A stretch of 34,204 bases of DNA, from contig JAZRIH010000033.1 of the NCBI GenBank assembly GCA_045645175.1, positions 1 to 34,204 on the forward strand, written 5' to 3'. Source of the DNA: Eubacteriales bacterium. Its GTDB lineage: Bacteria; Bacillota; Clostridia; Oscillospirales; CAG-272. Below the pieces are notes generated by a model that had not been told where the DNA came from, did no database searches, and worked only from the letters and a program-made list of their open reading frames with translations. The translations under genes and the position numbers were made by a program. Positions 1 to 8,363 of the stretch are shown one piece after another. Within the stretch, counting starts at the first letter, position 1, and each line of letters starts with the position of its first letter.

Positions 1-2096
1 TGCAACTGTCTGATTGCCGCATCTGCAGATTTATTGATCAAATTGGGGACCTTTACCTTTTGAGTTACAGTTTCTCCGCCCGTGTACAAATAAATCTTGC
101 CGTTAATATTGGTTAGTTTTTCGCCTGCTGCAGGAATTTGCGAAGTAACGGTAGAACCCTTGCCGATTACCTCGTAAGTCAATCCTGTATCAGCCAATTT
201 TTCAATGACTGTTTCCAGAGCCATTCCCTTATAGTTAGCGATTTCGATGCTCATTTGCGCTTCTTCCTCGGGCGTGTAGTCACGTTCCACACCAAGGTAA
301 GAAAGCACTTGTTCCATCAGCGCGCCTGCATAGGGCGCTGCAACTGTACCGCCGTATCGGTTGCTGATCTGAGGTTCATCTACCACGATGATAATACATA
401 CCTGCGGATCGTTGGCGGGGGCAATTGCCACACACGAACCGATACGCGCTGATTTATCCACATTATCTCGCTTTTCCGATGTACCAGTTTTGGCGGCTAC
501 CTTATATCCGGCAACATAGGCATTCTTAACACCATCGCCGCTGGATACGCCTTCTTCCAGAACTGCCATGATATTCTCACAAATTGCACTGCTGACGATC
601 TGGCGCTTGATTTGGGGCTCAAAGCTTACCTGCTGATTGCCCGAGGAATCCACCATGGAGCTGACCACATGAGGAGTAATCAAATTACCACCATTGGCAA
701 TCGTGCTGATTGCTGTGATCTGCTGCAAGGGGGTAGTTTTGAAGGTCTGACCGAAGCTGTAGCAGGCAAGCTCTACCGCATTGAATCCACTCAGCGGAAC
801 ATACAAACCTGCCGCTTCGCCGGGCAGATCGATTCCGGTAGTGGAGGTATATCCGAATGCTTCAAAGTAAGAGTAGAACTTACTGCCGCCCAGCTTTGCC
901 GCAACCTGCATGATACCGGGGTTGCAGGAGAATTGCAGGAGCTTATTGAAAGTCCGTTCTCCATGGCCGCTGGTCTTGTGACAATGGATATTGAATCCGC
1001 CGATCTGCATCGCACCGGTGCAAGTGAACTTGGATTGGAAGTTGACTTTGCGTTCTTCCAACGCCATGGCGGTGGTCACCATTTTCATGGTAGAGCCGGG
1101 CTCGTACAAAGTGGATACCGCTTTGTTATTCCACATGGCGTAAACACATTGCCAGTAAAACTCATTCTTGGCAGCTTCTTCGGTGGTTCCTTCGGGATAC
1201 TTGGAAGCATCAAAAGTCCACGCATCCACCTGTTCTTGATAATACTCGTTCAGCGTATACTTATCATTCAAGTCGAAGCTGGGGTACGTACCCATAGCAA
1301 GGATGGCACCTGTATTGGGATCCATTACGATACCGGTTACCTTTTCCTTAGCTTTGGCAAATTCATACGCCGATTTCAGCTGTCCCTCCAACATATTCTG
1401 AATGTTGGCATCAATGGTAGTGATCAGCGAAAGTCCGTCCTCGGGATCGATACGCATATCATAATCCGAAGGCATACTTGCACTCTGTGCATTCTTGGTA
1501 GTGATGTATCTGCCGGGGGTGCCGGTCAGGTACTTATCGTACTGCATTTCCAGACCAAACAGACCGCCGTCGGTACCCATTGCACCGATGATGCTGGCAC
1601 CCAGCGTACCCAGAGGATAATATCGCTGTGCGGTCGCTTCCAGGTAAATCTGTTCCTGGCATTGGTTTTCGGAAATGTATGCACGGATATCATTGGCCTG
1701 TTCCTCGGTAACATTCCGCTGAATGGTGATATCCTTCATATTTTCCCGCGTAGCTTTCTGATAAACCTCATCGTACTCCAATTTGAAATATTCAGAGAGA
1801 TAGGTCGCTACGTTTTTCTCATTTTTCGCCTTCTGAATATCTACGGGGGAGATAAACAGTCTATAAGTGGTAATATTGGTTGCAAGGGGGTTTTTATTGC
1901 GGTCATAGATCTCGCCGCGCTTGGCGGGGATCACCGATTCCTGCTGAATATTATCGATGACCATGGACTGATAATGGTCATACTGCAGATACTGCATATA
2001 AAACAGTCGAAACAACACGCCAAAACAGCCGATGATTACCAGCACCAGCCATGAAAGCGCACGTTTATTAATTGGATTGTTCGTTTTCGTTGCCAT
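1..2096 (-). CDS. Class B penicillin-binding protein (FtsI/PBP2B/SpoVD-family transpeptidase); C-terminus runs off the window
   Basis: Absent from the ORF track because the minus-strand frame stays open to position 1. Translation from the ATG (complement of 2094-2096) reads MATKTNNPINKRALSWLVLVIIGCFGVLF (TM anchor). Transpeptidase motifs follow: STMK (SxxK), SCN (SxN) and KTGT. PASTA-like repeats come next (IANYKGMALETVIEKL..., then VKVPNLINKSADAAIRQL at the window edge). It sits downstream of mraZ-rsmH-ftsL as in dcw clusters. Confidence 0.9.
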   Translation of the reverse strand, partial: MATKTNNPINKRALSWLVLVIIGCFGVLFRLFYMQYLQYDHYQSMVIDNIQQESVIPAKRGEIYDRNKNPLATNITTYRLFISPVDIQKAKNEKNVATYLSEYFKLEYDEVYQKATRENMKDITIQRNVTEEQANDIRAYISENQCQEQIYLEATAQRYYPLGTLGASIIGAMGTDGGLFGLEMQYDKYLTGTPGRYITTKNAQSASMPSDYDMRIDPEDGLSLITTIDANIQNMLEGQLKSAYEFAKAKEKVTGIVMDPNTGAILAMGTYPSFDLNDKYTLNEYYQEQVDAWTFDASKYPEGTTEEAAKNEFYWQCVYAMWNNKAVSTLYEPGSTMKMVTTAMALEERKVNFQSKFTCTGAMQIGGFNIHCHKTSGHGERTFNKLLQFSCNPGIMQVAAKLGGSKFYSYFEAFGYTSTTGIDLPGEAAGLYVPLSGFNAVELACYSFGQTFKTTPLQQITAISTIANGGNLITPHVVSSMVDSSGNQQVSFEPQIKRQIVSSAICENIMAVLEEGVSSGDGVKNAYVAGYKVAAKTGTSEKRDNVDKSARIGSCVAIAPANDPQVCIIIVVDEPQISNRYGGTVAAPYAGALMEQVLSYLGVERDYTPEEEAQMSIEIANYKGMALETVIEKLADTGLTYEVIGKGSTVTSQIPAAGEKLTNINGKIYLYTGGETVTQKVKVPNLINKSADAAIRQL

Positions 2097-2124
2097 TTGT
2101 TCACCGTTTCTTCCTTTTGATTAC

Positions 2125-2153
2125 ATTGTACCGCATTTCTCGGTAAATTGCAA
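2125..2153 (-). promoter_or_regulatory. Sigma-A-type promoter for the PBP gene (-35 TTGCAA, 17-nt spacer, -10 TACAAT on the minus strand)
   Basis: The reverse complement reads TTGCAA-tttaccgagaaatgcgg-TACAAT, about 30 nt upstream of the PBP ATG. Confidence 0.5.
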
Positions 2154-2174
2154 GCAAAATATAAAAAAATATCC

Positions 2175-2219
2175 TACAAGCAAAATGAGAGCAGGCGGGT
2201 GTTTGACTGCCTGACTCTC
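2175..2219 (-). terminator. Hairpin plus T-rich tail between the ftsL-like gene and the PBP gene (possible attenuator or partial terminator)
   Basis: The minus strand reads GAGAGTCAGGC-agtcaaacaccc-GCCTGCTCTC followed by ATTTTGCTT. The stem is 10 bp with one bulged A. Confidence 0.4.
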
Positions 2220-2237
2220 AAAATTGCTATTCCATAC

Positions 2238-2798
2238 TTATTCGCTGTCGGTCAGAGTATTCCAAGCCTCGATAAAATTCTGAGTAAGCGCAGACATAAC
2301 GGTAGCGATCACACCGCGGGTACCGTCCTCTTCCACCTCGAATACTTCGATGGAATCATCATCGCCTACCTCGATATAGACCTGATCAGCAGTCTGACTG
2401 CTTTCCATGCCCAATACGGAGGACGCATATTTTTCCATCGTCATATAGTCGTTCTTTTTATCCAACTCGTTAGACAGCTTGTCCTTTTCCTGAGCGATCC
2501 CTTGCAGATCGGCGCGCAGCTCACCCACTTCTTGGGTATACTCGTTAATCAGTACATAGTTGCTGACCATCATCATCAGAAGCAATGTAGTAACAGCCAA
2601 CATCAAGATAGTACCGACAGGAAACAGCACCTTTCTTTTGGAATCAACGGTGCTTTCCTTGCGATGACGAGGGAGCTTATACGTGGATCGTTTCTTGTCA
2701 GAGGATCTTGCTGTGATCTCTGCAGACTGCAACTGCTGAACATTGCGATCTTGATTACGGGTTTCATGTTTTTGTGGGGTATTTTTCAGTTGCATAGC
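2238..2798 (-). CDS. FtsL-like cell-division membrane protein (septum formation initiator-like)
   Basis: Position between rsmH and the PBP gene. It has a charged N-terminus, a single TM (LFPVGTILMLAVTTLLLMMMV) and then a coiled-coil-like segment (ELRADLQGIAQEKDKLSNELDKK). I prefer the ATG at 2798 (MQLKNTP), which follows GAGGAA with 6-nt spacing, over the track's GTG at 2849, which has no SD. No family-specific motif is recognised. Confidence 0.55.
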   Translation of the reverse strand, partial: AMQLKNTPQKHETRNQDRNVQQLQSAEITARSSDKKRSTYKLPRHRKESTVDSKRKVLFPVGTILMLAVTTLLLMMMVSNYVLINEYTQEVGELRADLQGIAQEKDKLSNELDKKNDYMTMEKYASSVLGMESSQTADQVYIEVGDDDSIEVFEVEEDGTRGVIATVMSALTQNFIEAWNTLTDSE

Positions 2799-2851
2799 AA
2801 TTTCCTCTTTCTGTAGATTCTGTATATATACGGCAAACGCCGATGACACAA

Positions 2852-3787
2852 TCAGATTTTTTCGAATACACGCAGTTTCGCACTGCGGGAGCGGGGATTT
2901 TCAGTAAGCTCCTGTTCTGAGGGGAGCATAGGTTTACGGGTAATTACTTTACCCTGAGGCTTCTTTCCGCACACGCATACAGGGAAAGAAGGGGGACAAG
3001 TGCATCCCTGTGCAAGAGATGCAAAGGTTTGTTTGACGATGCGATCTTCCAGCGAATGGAAGGTAAGCACCGCAAGTCTGCCGCCGGGGGCAAGCAGATC
3101 GCAAAGAGCGCGGAGTGTAGGCTCGATAATGGACAATTCGCTGTTTACTTCAATGCGGATCGCCTGGAAGGATTTTTTAGCAGGATGGTGACCGCCTTCA
3201 CGGGCTTTGGCGGGAATCGCATATTTGATCAGATCGGAGAGTTCACCGGTTCGTTCGATAGGCTTGTCTGCGCGCGCCTTAACAATAGCAGATGCAATGC
3301 GAGGAGCAAACTGCTCTTCACCGTAAGCATATAAGATCCGTTTCAGTTCAGCCTCGGAATATTCGTTAACCACTTTCCACGCAGTCAGCTCCGCATCCTG
3401 ATTCATGCGCATATCCAAGGGAGCATCCTGCATATAGGAGAAGCCACGCTCGGCAGTATCCAACTGATAGGAAGATACGCCAAGGTCAATGAGCGCACCT
3501 TGAATTTTGGGGAGCTCCAATCGTTGTGCAACCGATGCTACATCCGAGAAATTGGATCGCACCATAGTCACACGCTCACCAAAGGGAGCGAGCCGTGCGC
3601 CTGCCGCACGAATTGCATCGGCATCCTGGTCAATGGCAATCAATCTTCCCGCGCCAATCAAACGGGAGGCAATGGCGAAGCTGTGTCCGCCGCCGCCTGC
3701 GGTGCAATCGATATAAATGCCGTCACTTACGTTGAGGGCATCGATGCACTCAGAGAGCATAACCGAATAATGAGAAAACTCTGCCAT
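2852..3787 (-). CDS. rsmH: 16S rRNA (cytosine1402-N4)-methyltransferase RsmH
   Basis: The sequence HYSVMLSECIDAL...YIDCTAGGGGHS...DLGVSSYQLD...RGFSY...FHSLEDRIVK is a typical MraW/RsmH signature. It lies directly after mraZ. Confidence 0.95.
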   Translation of the reverse strand: MAEFSHYSVMLSECIDALNVSDGIYIDCTAGGGGHSFAIASRLIGAGRLIAIDQDADAIRAAGARLAPFGERVTMVRSNFSDVASVAQRLELPKIQGALIDLGVSSYQLDTAERGFSYMQDAPLDMRMNQDAELTAWKVVNEYSEAELKRILYAYGEEQFAPRIASAIVKARADKPIERTGELSDLIKYAIPAKAREGGHHPAKKSFQAIRIEVNSELSIIEPTLRALCDLLAPGGRLAVLTFHSLEDRIVKQTFASLAQGCTCPPSFPVCVCGKKPQGKVITRKPMLPSEQELTENPRSRSAKLRVFEKI

Positions 3788-3789
3788 AA

Positions 3790-4209
3790 TCAGAAGCCCT
3801 TTCTTTTCAACGCTTCTCTCAGCTTGGATACGTCTACTGCCGCCTGCTTTTCTTCGAAGATCTTAGCGTCCCAGATCTCCATGCGTTCACCGCGGCCTGC
3901 GCTGATAATATCTTTATCCAAATGAGCGTATTCCCGATAATCCTGGGGGATCGCGATTCTTCCTTGATCGTCTACGTGGATGTTTTCAGCGTTGGTGAGA
4001 ATCCACCAAACCTCTTCATCCGATTCAATTTCAGGGAGCGAGCGAATCTTTTCTTCAAATTTATTCCAATTTTCCAAACTGTACACGCGAATACATTCAC
4101 CGGTTATACTTTTGGAAATAACCAGTTCGCTGCCCAATTCTGCACGAAATTTAGAAGGCAGAAAGATACGATTTTTTGCATCGATAGTATGCTTTTGCTT
4201 ACCAAGCAT
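3790..4209 (-). CDS. mraZ: Transcriptional regulator MraZ
   Basis: Two SpoVT/AbrB-like halves carry the DxxxR motifs (IDAKNRIFLP and VDDQGRIAIP). It is the first gene of the dcw cluster. Confidence 0.95.
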   Translation of the reverse strand: MLGKQKHTIDAKNRIFLPSKFRAELGSELVISKSITGECIRVYSLENWNKFEEKIRSLPEIESDEEVWWILTNAENIHVDDQGRIAIPQDYREYAHLDKDIISAGRGERMEIWDAKIFEEKQAAVDVSKLREALKRKGF

Positions 4210-4230
4210 CTTTCTTCCTCCCCTCAGTGG

Positions 4231-4260
4231 TTTTTTGCACCATTTCGCTCTTTTTTGCTC
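4231..4260 (-). promoter_or_regulatory. Three 10-bp-phased direct repeats in the mraZ leader (candidate MraZ operator)
   Basis: The minus strand reads GAGCAAAAAA GAGCGAAATG GTGCAAAAAA, immediately downstream of the -10 box and upstream of the mraZ RBS. The core is GWGCRAA repeated at exactly 10-bp spacing. Confidence 0.4.
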
Positions 4261-4266
4261 AATCTC

Positions 4267-4295
4267 ATTATAAATTAACTCTATTTCAATTGCAA
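4267..4295 (-). promoter_or_regulatory. Pmra-like sigma-A promoter (-35 TTGCAA, 17 nt, -10 TATAAT)
   Basis: The reverse complement reads TTGCAA-ttgaaatagagttaatt-TATAAT, about 58 nt upstream of the mraZ ATG. Confidence 0.6.
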
Positions 4296-4411
4296 TAGGA
4301 AGTTGTTGCCCTATAGATGCTTTTTTACTCTTTTTTTCGCTAAATAAAACATCCTTTTACAGCGTTCGTTGAGAGCGAGAATATTTGTTCTCTTTTTCCG
4401 TTTATTACCAT

Positions 4412-4470
4412 CAGTAAAAAATAAAATCCCTCCCGATTTTCCAAATAACAGAAATATTCGGGAGGGATTT
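4412..4470 (-). terminator. Intrinsic terminator after coaD (12-bp stem, large loop, U-rich tail)
   Basis: The minus strand reads AAATCCCTCCCG-(23-nt loop)-CGGGAGGGATTT followed by TATTTTTTACTG. It starts 10 nt after the coaD stop. Confidence 0.55.
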
Positions 4471-4479
4471 TATATAAGA

Positions 4480-4953
4480 TTAGTTCGACTCGCGGCGAAT
4501 CAGATCGATCACTTGCACAGGGAGAAGCTTATCCAGCGCGCGGTCAAAACGAATCATTTCTCTTGCAACGGTAGAGGAAACAAAACGGTATTGGGGAGCC
4601 GCGGGGAGGAACATGGTTTCCACAGGTGCATTCAGTAAATTCACCTGGGCAATGGTATCTTCATAATCATAGTCTGCACCGTTTCGAACGCCCTTCACAA
4701 TCACATCAATCTGATGGGCAATCGCGTAATCGGCGACTAATCCGTCGTAACGATCTACAGTTACATTGGGAATATCCTCCAGGGATGCCTGAAGCATTTC
4801 GGCTCGCAATTCAGGAGCAAAAGCACCCTTCTTTTGACTGTTGAAGCACACACACACTACCACCTCATCGAAGATCGATGCGGTACGGCGGATAATATCA
4901 ATATGCCCCAGCGTAGGAGGATCAAAGCTGCCGGTAATCAAGGCGCGCTTCAC
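4480..4953 (-). CDS. coaD: Phosphopantetheine adenylyltransferase CoaD
   Basis: The sequence KRALITGSFDPPTLGHIDIIRR (T/HxGH nucleotidyltransferase motif) ...VKGVRN..DYDYE is typical. The start is taken as the GTG at 4951-4953, overlapping the rsmD stop (GTGA). The track's longer N-terminal extension is Arg/Ser-rich junk that overlaps rsmD. Confidence 0.92.
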   Translation of the reverse strand: MKRALITGSFDPPTLGHIDIIRRTASIFDEVVVCVCFNSQKKGAFAPELRAEMLQASLEDIPNVTVDRYDGLVADYAIAHQIDVIVKGVRNGADYDYEDTIAQVNLLNAPVETMFLPAAPQYRFVSSTVAREMIRFDRALDKLLPVQVIDLIRRESN

Positions 4954-5519
4954 TGAGCATCCTCCTCGTTTTCGGCTCCGCGCAGGAGCACGGTAACGTA
5001 GGTTCTGCCGTAACGATTGTGACGGTGAAGGGTCAGACCTTCTCCGCCAAAAGGCTCCTTCTGATCGCTTTCGCAAATAAAAATGGCACGTTCAGATGCG
5101 ATATCGGCACGCAGGATCCGATCAATAGCATCCTGCACCATATCCGAATCGTAGGGAGGATCCAGAATGATAATATCAAACTTTTCTTTTCCGGCCATAG
5201 TCCGGATTGCCGCTTTATAATCGGTATTCAGTACGCGAATCTGATTGCTGAGTTTGGTCTTTTGTGCATTGCGCTTCACCACATCTGCGGCCAATCTGCT
5301 ATTGTCACAGAACATCGCCGATGCTGCACCGCGGGAAAGAGCTTCCAAACCCATCTGTCCGGAGCCTGCAAACAGATCAAGCACCCGTCTGCCTTCCAAA
5401 TCAAATGCCAACATATTGAAAATCGCTTCCTTGACACGTTCAGCCGTGGGACGGGTAATCTCCTCGCCCTCCAGCGTTTCCAGTCTTGTTCCTCTTGCGC
5501 TTCCGGTAATAATACGCAT
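4950..5519 (-). CDS. rsmD: 16S rRNA (guanine966-N2)-methyltransferase RsmD
   Basis: The sequence MRIITGSARGTRL...TRPTAERVKEAIFNML...VLDLFAGSGQMGLEALSRGA...ILDPPY is a family signature. The pairing with coaD is conserved. Confidence 0.9.
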   Translation of the reverse strand: MRIITGSARGTRLETLEGEEITRPTAERVKEAIFNMLAFDLEGRRVLDLFAGSGQMGLEALSRGAASAMFCDNSRLAADVVKRNAQKTKLSNQIRVLNTDYKAAIRTMAGKEKFDIIILDPPYDSDMVQDAIDRILRADIASERAIFICESDQKEPFGGEGLTLHRHNRYGRTYVTVLLRGAENEEDAQ

Positions 5520-5570
5520 AACTATATCCTTTCTTTACGGGAATCTTTCTTGTTCCCTCAATCTATGGAA

Positions 5571-7415
5571 TTATGATTTATTTCTGTTCTTTATTTGTTC
5601 GTCAAAATGTCCTCTAATTGCCTCTGCATCTGTTTGGGAGATTCCCTCCAATGCCGCAAGCTCTTCGACACTTGCCTTTTTGATAGCGGTCAGCGTACCC
5701 ATTTGTTTGAGCAGCAGCTGCGCTTTCTTCGGACCGATTCCCTTGATATCCTCCAAGGAGGAGCGTTTCATCTCTTTGCCCTTGGCTTTTTGCATCCGTC
5801 CGATGGTAAATCGATGGACTTCTTCCTGAATTTTATAGATCAGCACGAACACAGCCTGTTCTCTGGCAATACTGATCTCGTTAACGCCATCGGTAAGGGC
5901 GCGGGTCTTGTGAAATTCATCTTTCACCATGCCGAATACAGGAAGATCAATTCCCTGCTCTTTCATCAGCGCTTTCACTACGCTCACATGACCTTTGCCG
6001 CCGTCCAGCAGAAGCAGATCGGGGAGAGGCTGTTCATCCCGATGGGCAAATCGGCGGGAAAGTGCTTCCCGCATTGCGCCGTAGTCATCCTGACCGTCGG
6101 TAGTGCGGATCTTATAAGTACGGTAATCCTTCTTACAGAGCTTGCCGTCTTCCAACGCGATAATGCCTGCGGTGATATGCTCGTCACCAAAGTTGGAGAT
6201 ATCGATGGCTTCCATCCGAGAGGGGATTCCATCCAGATCCAACAGCTCCGAAAGAGTTTCCAGAACGGTATGATCTTTTTCCTTCTCTGCCGTATACTGT
6301 CTGGCGTGCAGAGCGGCATTTTCCTCCACCATTTGGCAAAGCTTATGAAGTTCGCCCTTTTGCGGAATGCGAAGGGTTACCTTGCTGTCCGAGTAACCGC
6401 TCAGATAGGTTTCCAGCATTTGACGATCGTCTTCCTCCATCGGGAAGCCGATGAGCAATGTTTTGGGAATATACTCCCGATGGGAGTATATTTCACCGAT
6501 AAAGGAAGTAATAGCACTATCGTCCAATATTTTCTCTGCGGTAAAGATGTGGTTATCCGAGTCGATCACCGCGCCCCCGCGCACATAATAAATGGCCAGG
6601 CAGGAGCAGGTCGCTCCATGGTGAAGCGCCAGCACGTCGTATTCGGCATCGGGCGCGCCTACCACCTTTTGCCGTTGCCACAGGCTGTCTAGGGCATTGA
6701 TCCGATCCCGATATTCCATCGCCGTTTCAAACAGCAGATTCTCGGATGCAAAGAGCATTTTCTCGGTCAATTTTGCCTTTACTTCCCCGTAATTTCCTCG
6801 TAAAAAGGAGATCACCTCAGGAAAGCGTTCCCGATATTCCTCTGCCGAAAGCTGTCCGTTACAGGGAGCGCAGCATTGCCCAATATGGCTATACAGACAA
6901 GGGCGGGATTTACCGATATCTCGTGGAAATTCCATTTTGCAGGTAGGCAGACAAAAGGTTTTCTGCACCGTTTTGAGGATCGATCCGGCAATCGTAGCGC
7001 CCGAATAGGGTCCGAAATATTTTGCTCCGTCATTGATGCGCTTTCGGGTAAACTCCACGGTAGGATATGGCTTTTGCAGATTGACCTTGATATACGGATA
7101 ACTTTTGGAGTCCTTGAGAAGGATATTATATTTGGGCTTATGGAGCTTGATCAGCTTGTTTTCCAGTGCCAAAGCTTCCATTTCCGTATCGGTGAGCATA
7201 AACTCAAAATCCCATACGTCGTCCACCATCTTCTGAGTTTTCACGTTTTTTTCGTTTTCTCCGAAGTATTGGGACACACGGCTCTTCAGGACTTTGGATT
7301 TGCCCACATAGATGATCTTATCTCCTGCGCCATGCATGATATACACACCCGGCGTCATGGGCAAGCGATTGGCTTTTTCTTTCAGCTCTGCTTTGGTCTT
7401 ATGCTCCATATTCAT
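5571..7415 (-). CDS. uvrC: Excinuclease ABC subunit C (UvrC)
   Basis: An N-terminal GIY-YIG domain (GVYIMHGAGDKIIYVGKSKVLKSRVSQY) is present, together with a UvrBC-interaction region and a C-terminal (HhH)2 (LEDIKGIGPKKAQLLLKQMGTLTAIKKAS). Length is 614 aa. Confidence 0.97.
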   Translation of the reverse strand: MNMEHKTKAELKEKANRLPMTPGVYIMHGAGDKIIYVGKSKVLKSRVSQYFGENEKNVKTQKMVDDVWDFEFMLTDTEMEALALENKLIKLHKPKYNILLKDSKSYPYIKVNLQKPYPTVEFTRKRINDGAKYFGPYSGATIAGSILKTVQKTFCLPTCKMEFPRDIGKSRPCLYSHIGQCCAPCNGQLSAEEYRERFPEVISFLRGNYGEVKAKLTEKMLFASENLLFETAMEYRDRINALDSLWQRQKVVGAPDAEYDVLALHHGATCSCLAIYYVRGGAVIDSDNHIFTAEKILDDSAITSFIGEIYSHREYIPKTLLIGFPMEEDDRQMLETYLSGYSDSKVTLRIPQKGELHKLCQMVEENAALHARQYTAEKEKDHTVLETLSELLDLDGIPSRMEAIDISNFGDEHITAGIIALEDGKLCKKDYRTYKIRTTDGQDDYGAMREALSRRFAHRDEQPLPDLLLLDGGKGHVSVVKALMKEQGIDLPVFGMVKDEFHKTRALTDGVNEISIAREQAVFVLIYKIQEEVHRFTIGRMQKAKGKEMKRSSLEDIKGIGPKKAQLLLKQMGTLTAIKKASVEELAALEGISQTDAEAIRGHFDEQIKNRNKS

Positions 7416-7429
7416 CCTCCTTTCTCAAA

Positions 7430-7461
7430 GTAACCGAAAGGCAGACCGCAAGCGGTCTGCC
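7430..7461 (-). terminator. Intrinsic terminator after ptsH
   Basis: The minus strand reads GGCAGACCGC-tt-GCGGTCTGCC followed by TTTCGGTTACTTT. Confidence 0.6.
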
Positions 7462-7490
7462 CTACTGAACTGATTGGTTTAATTTGCGGA

Positions 7491-7754
7491 TCAGTCCTTG
7501 ATCTCTCCGGTAAGGAAGTTGCACAGACCGTCCAGTGCCTCTGCTTCGTCGCTACCGTCAGCAATGAGAGTGATGGTCATATCTTTTACAATTCCCATAG
7601 ACAGAACGCCCAACAGACTCTTCGCATTAACTTTTCGCTCATTGTACTCTACCCAAATAGAGCTCTTGAAAGAATTCGCCTTCTGAATAAAGAAGGTAGC
7701 AGGTCTTGCATGAAGACCAACTGCATTCTGAATGGTTACATTACGGGTTATCAT
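7491..7754 (-). CDS. ptsH: Phosphocarrier protein HPr
   Basis: 87 aa. It has the His15 motif GLHARPA and the Ser46 regulatory motif NAKSLLGVLSMG. Confidence 0.93.
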   Translation of the reverse strand: MITRNVTIQNAVGLHARPATFFIQKANSFKSSIWVEYNERKVNAKSLLGVLSMGIVKDMTITLIADGSDEAEALDGLCNFLTGEIKD

Positions 7755-7777
7755 GAATTAACTCCTATTCTCATTCC

Positions 7778-7792
7778 TACCGATAATCGGTA
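7778..7792. promoter_or_regulatory. Perfect 15-bp palindrome TACCGATAATCGGTA in the ptsH 5' leader (operator or RNA hairpin)
   Basis: Read directly from the sequence. It lies between the predicted -10 (7820-7825) and the ptsH RBS/ATG (7754). Confidence 0.4.
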
Positions 7793-7819
7793 TATTTCTG
7801 CTTTTAATTTTCTGTGAGT

Positions 7820-7848
7820 ATTATAGCAAATTCAAACAGCAAAATCAA
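7820..7848 (-). promoter_or_regulatory. Sigma-A promoter for ptsH (-35 TTGATT, 17 nt, -10 TATAAT)
   Basis: The reverse complement reads TTGATT-ttgctgtttgaatttgc-TATAAT. Confidence 0.6.
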
Positions 7849-7877
7849 GTCCTATTTTGAAAAAAGTTGTACAAAAA

Positions 7878-8363
7878 TTATGAGATTCCAGTGATTTGTA
7901 AGGTCAAAACGTAAGAATTTGACTGCACACGATAAATACTTCCCACACCGACCGGCATATTTCCGCCTGCGTAGAACCCGTCGCTCCGTTTATCACCGGT
8001 CAATCGGATCTGTCCCGTTACTGTATACCGACCGGGTTCAACCACCGATTCAAAGAAAGGATTTTCAAGTTCCACATCTGATTCGATCACTTGCAGGGTT
8101 CGGTAAGGCTCCGTAGTGAATGCCAGCAGTTCTCCAAATACACCATTCTCTGTGGTCAAAATGTCGCCCTCTGTCAAAAGCGCATATTCATCTTCGGTCA
8201 AGCGATCTGCGCAAAAGCTGACTACTACGGTATCATTGGCAGTAAGCTGTCCGATTTTTGCCAGCACCGTGGGACGCAGAAACATTGCTACCACTGCAAG
8301 AAGAACGAGAATAATCAGCAGAAAGTCAATTACATTAAACCGCACTTTTTTCCGTGTTGCCAT
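7878..8363 (-). CDS. N-terminally membrane-anchored protein, DUF4330-like (paralog 2)
   Basis: 161 aa. A basic N-terminus with RFNVIDFLLIILVLLAVVAMF (K/R-x-N-x-x-D followed by a TM) is followed by a beta-rich soluble domain. It is contiguous with the upstream paralog (stop/start at 8364/8363). The DUF4330 name is from memory of the family hallmark and is not a search result. Confidence 0.6.
   Translation of the reverse strand: MATRKKVRFNVIDFLLIILVLLAVVAMFLRPTVLAKIGQLTANDTVVVSFCADRLTEDEYALLTEGDILTTENGVFGELLAFTTEPYRTLQVIESDVELENPFFESVVEPGRYTVTGQIRLTGDKRSDGFYAGGNMPVGVGSIYRVQSNSYVLTLQITGIS

Noticed and set aside
454-462. Perfect DnaA-box-like 9-mer TTATCCACA
   Set aside because: It is a single occurrence inside the PBP coding sequence. 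There is no cluster, no AT-rich unwinding element and no dnaA or dnaN nearby, so it is consistent with chance.
612-2054. 480-aa plus-strand ORF
   Set aside because: It is codon-aligned antisense to the PBP gene ((2096-614) is divisible by 3). The translation is Gly/Leu/Ile/His/Arg-rich with no recognisable domain or RBS. The opposite strand carries clear SxxK, SxN and KTG motifs.
4369-4638. 89-aa plus-strand ORF upstream of mraZ
   Set aside because: It spans the coaD terminator hairpin and runs antisense into coaD. It has no RBS.
5595-6692. 365-aa plus-strand ORF (with 6876-7433)
   Set aside because: It is a codon-aligned antisense shadow of uvrC. Such ORFs are interrupted only where the sense strand uses TTA, CTA or TCA codons, which this genome evidently avoids.
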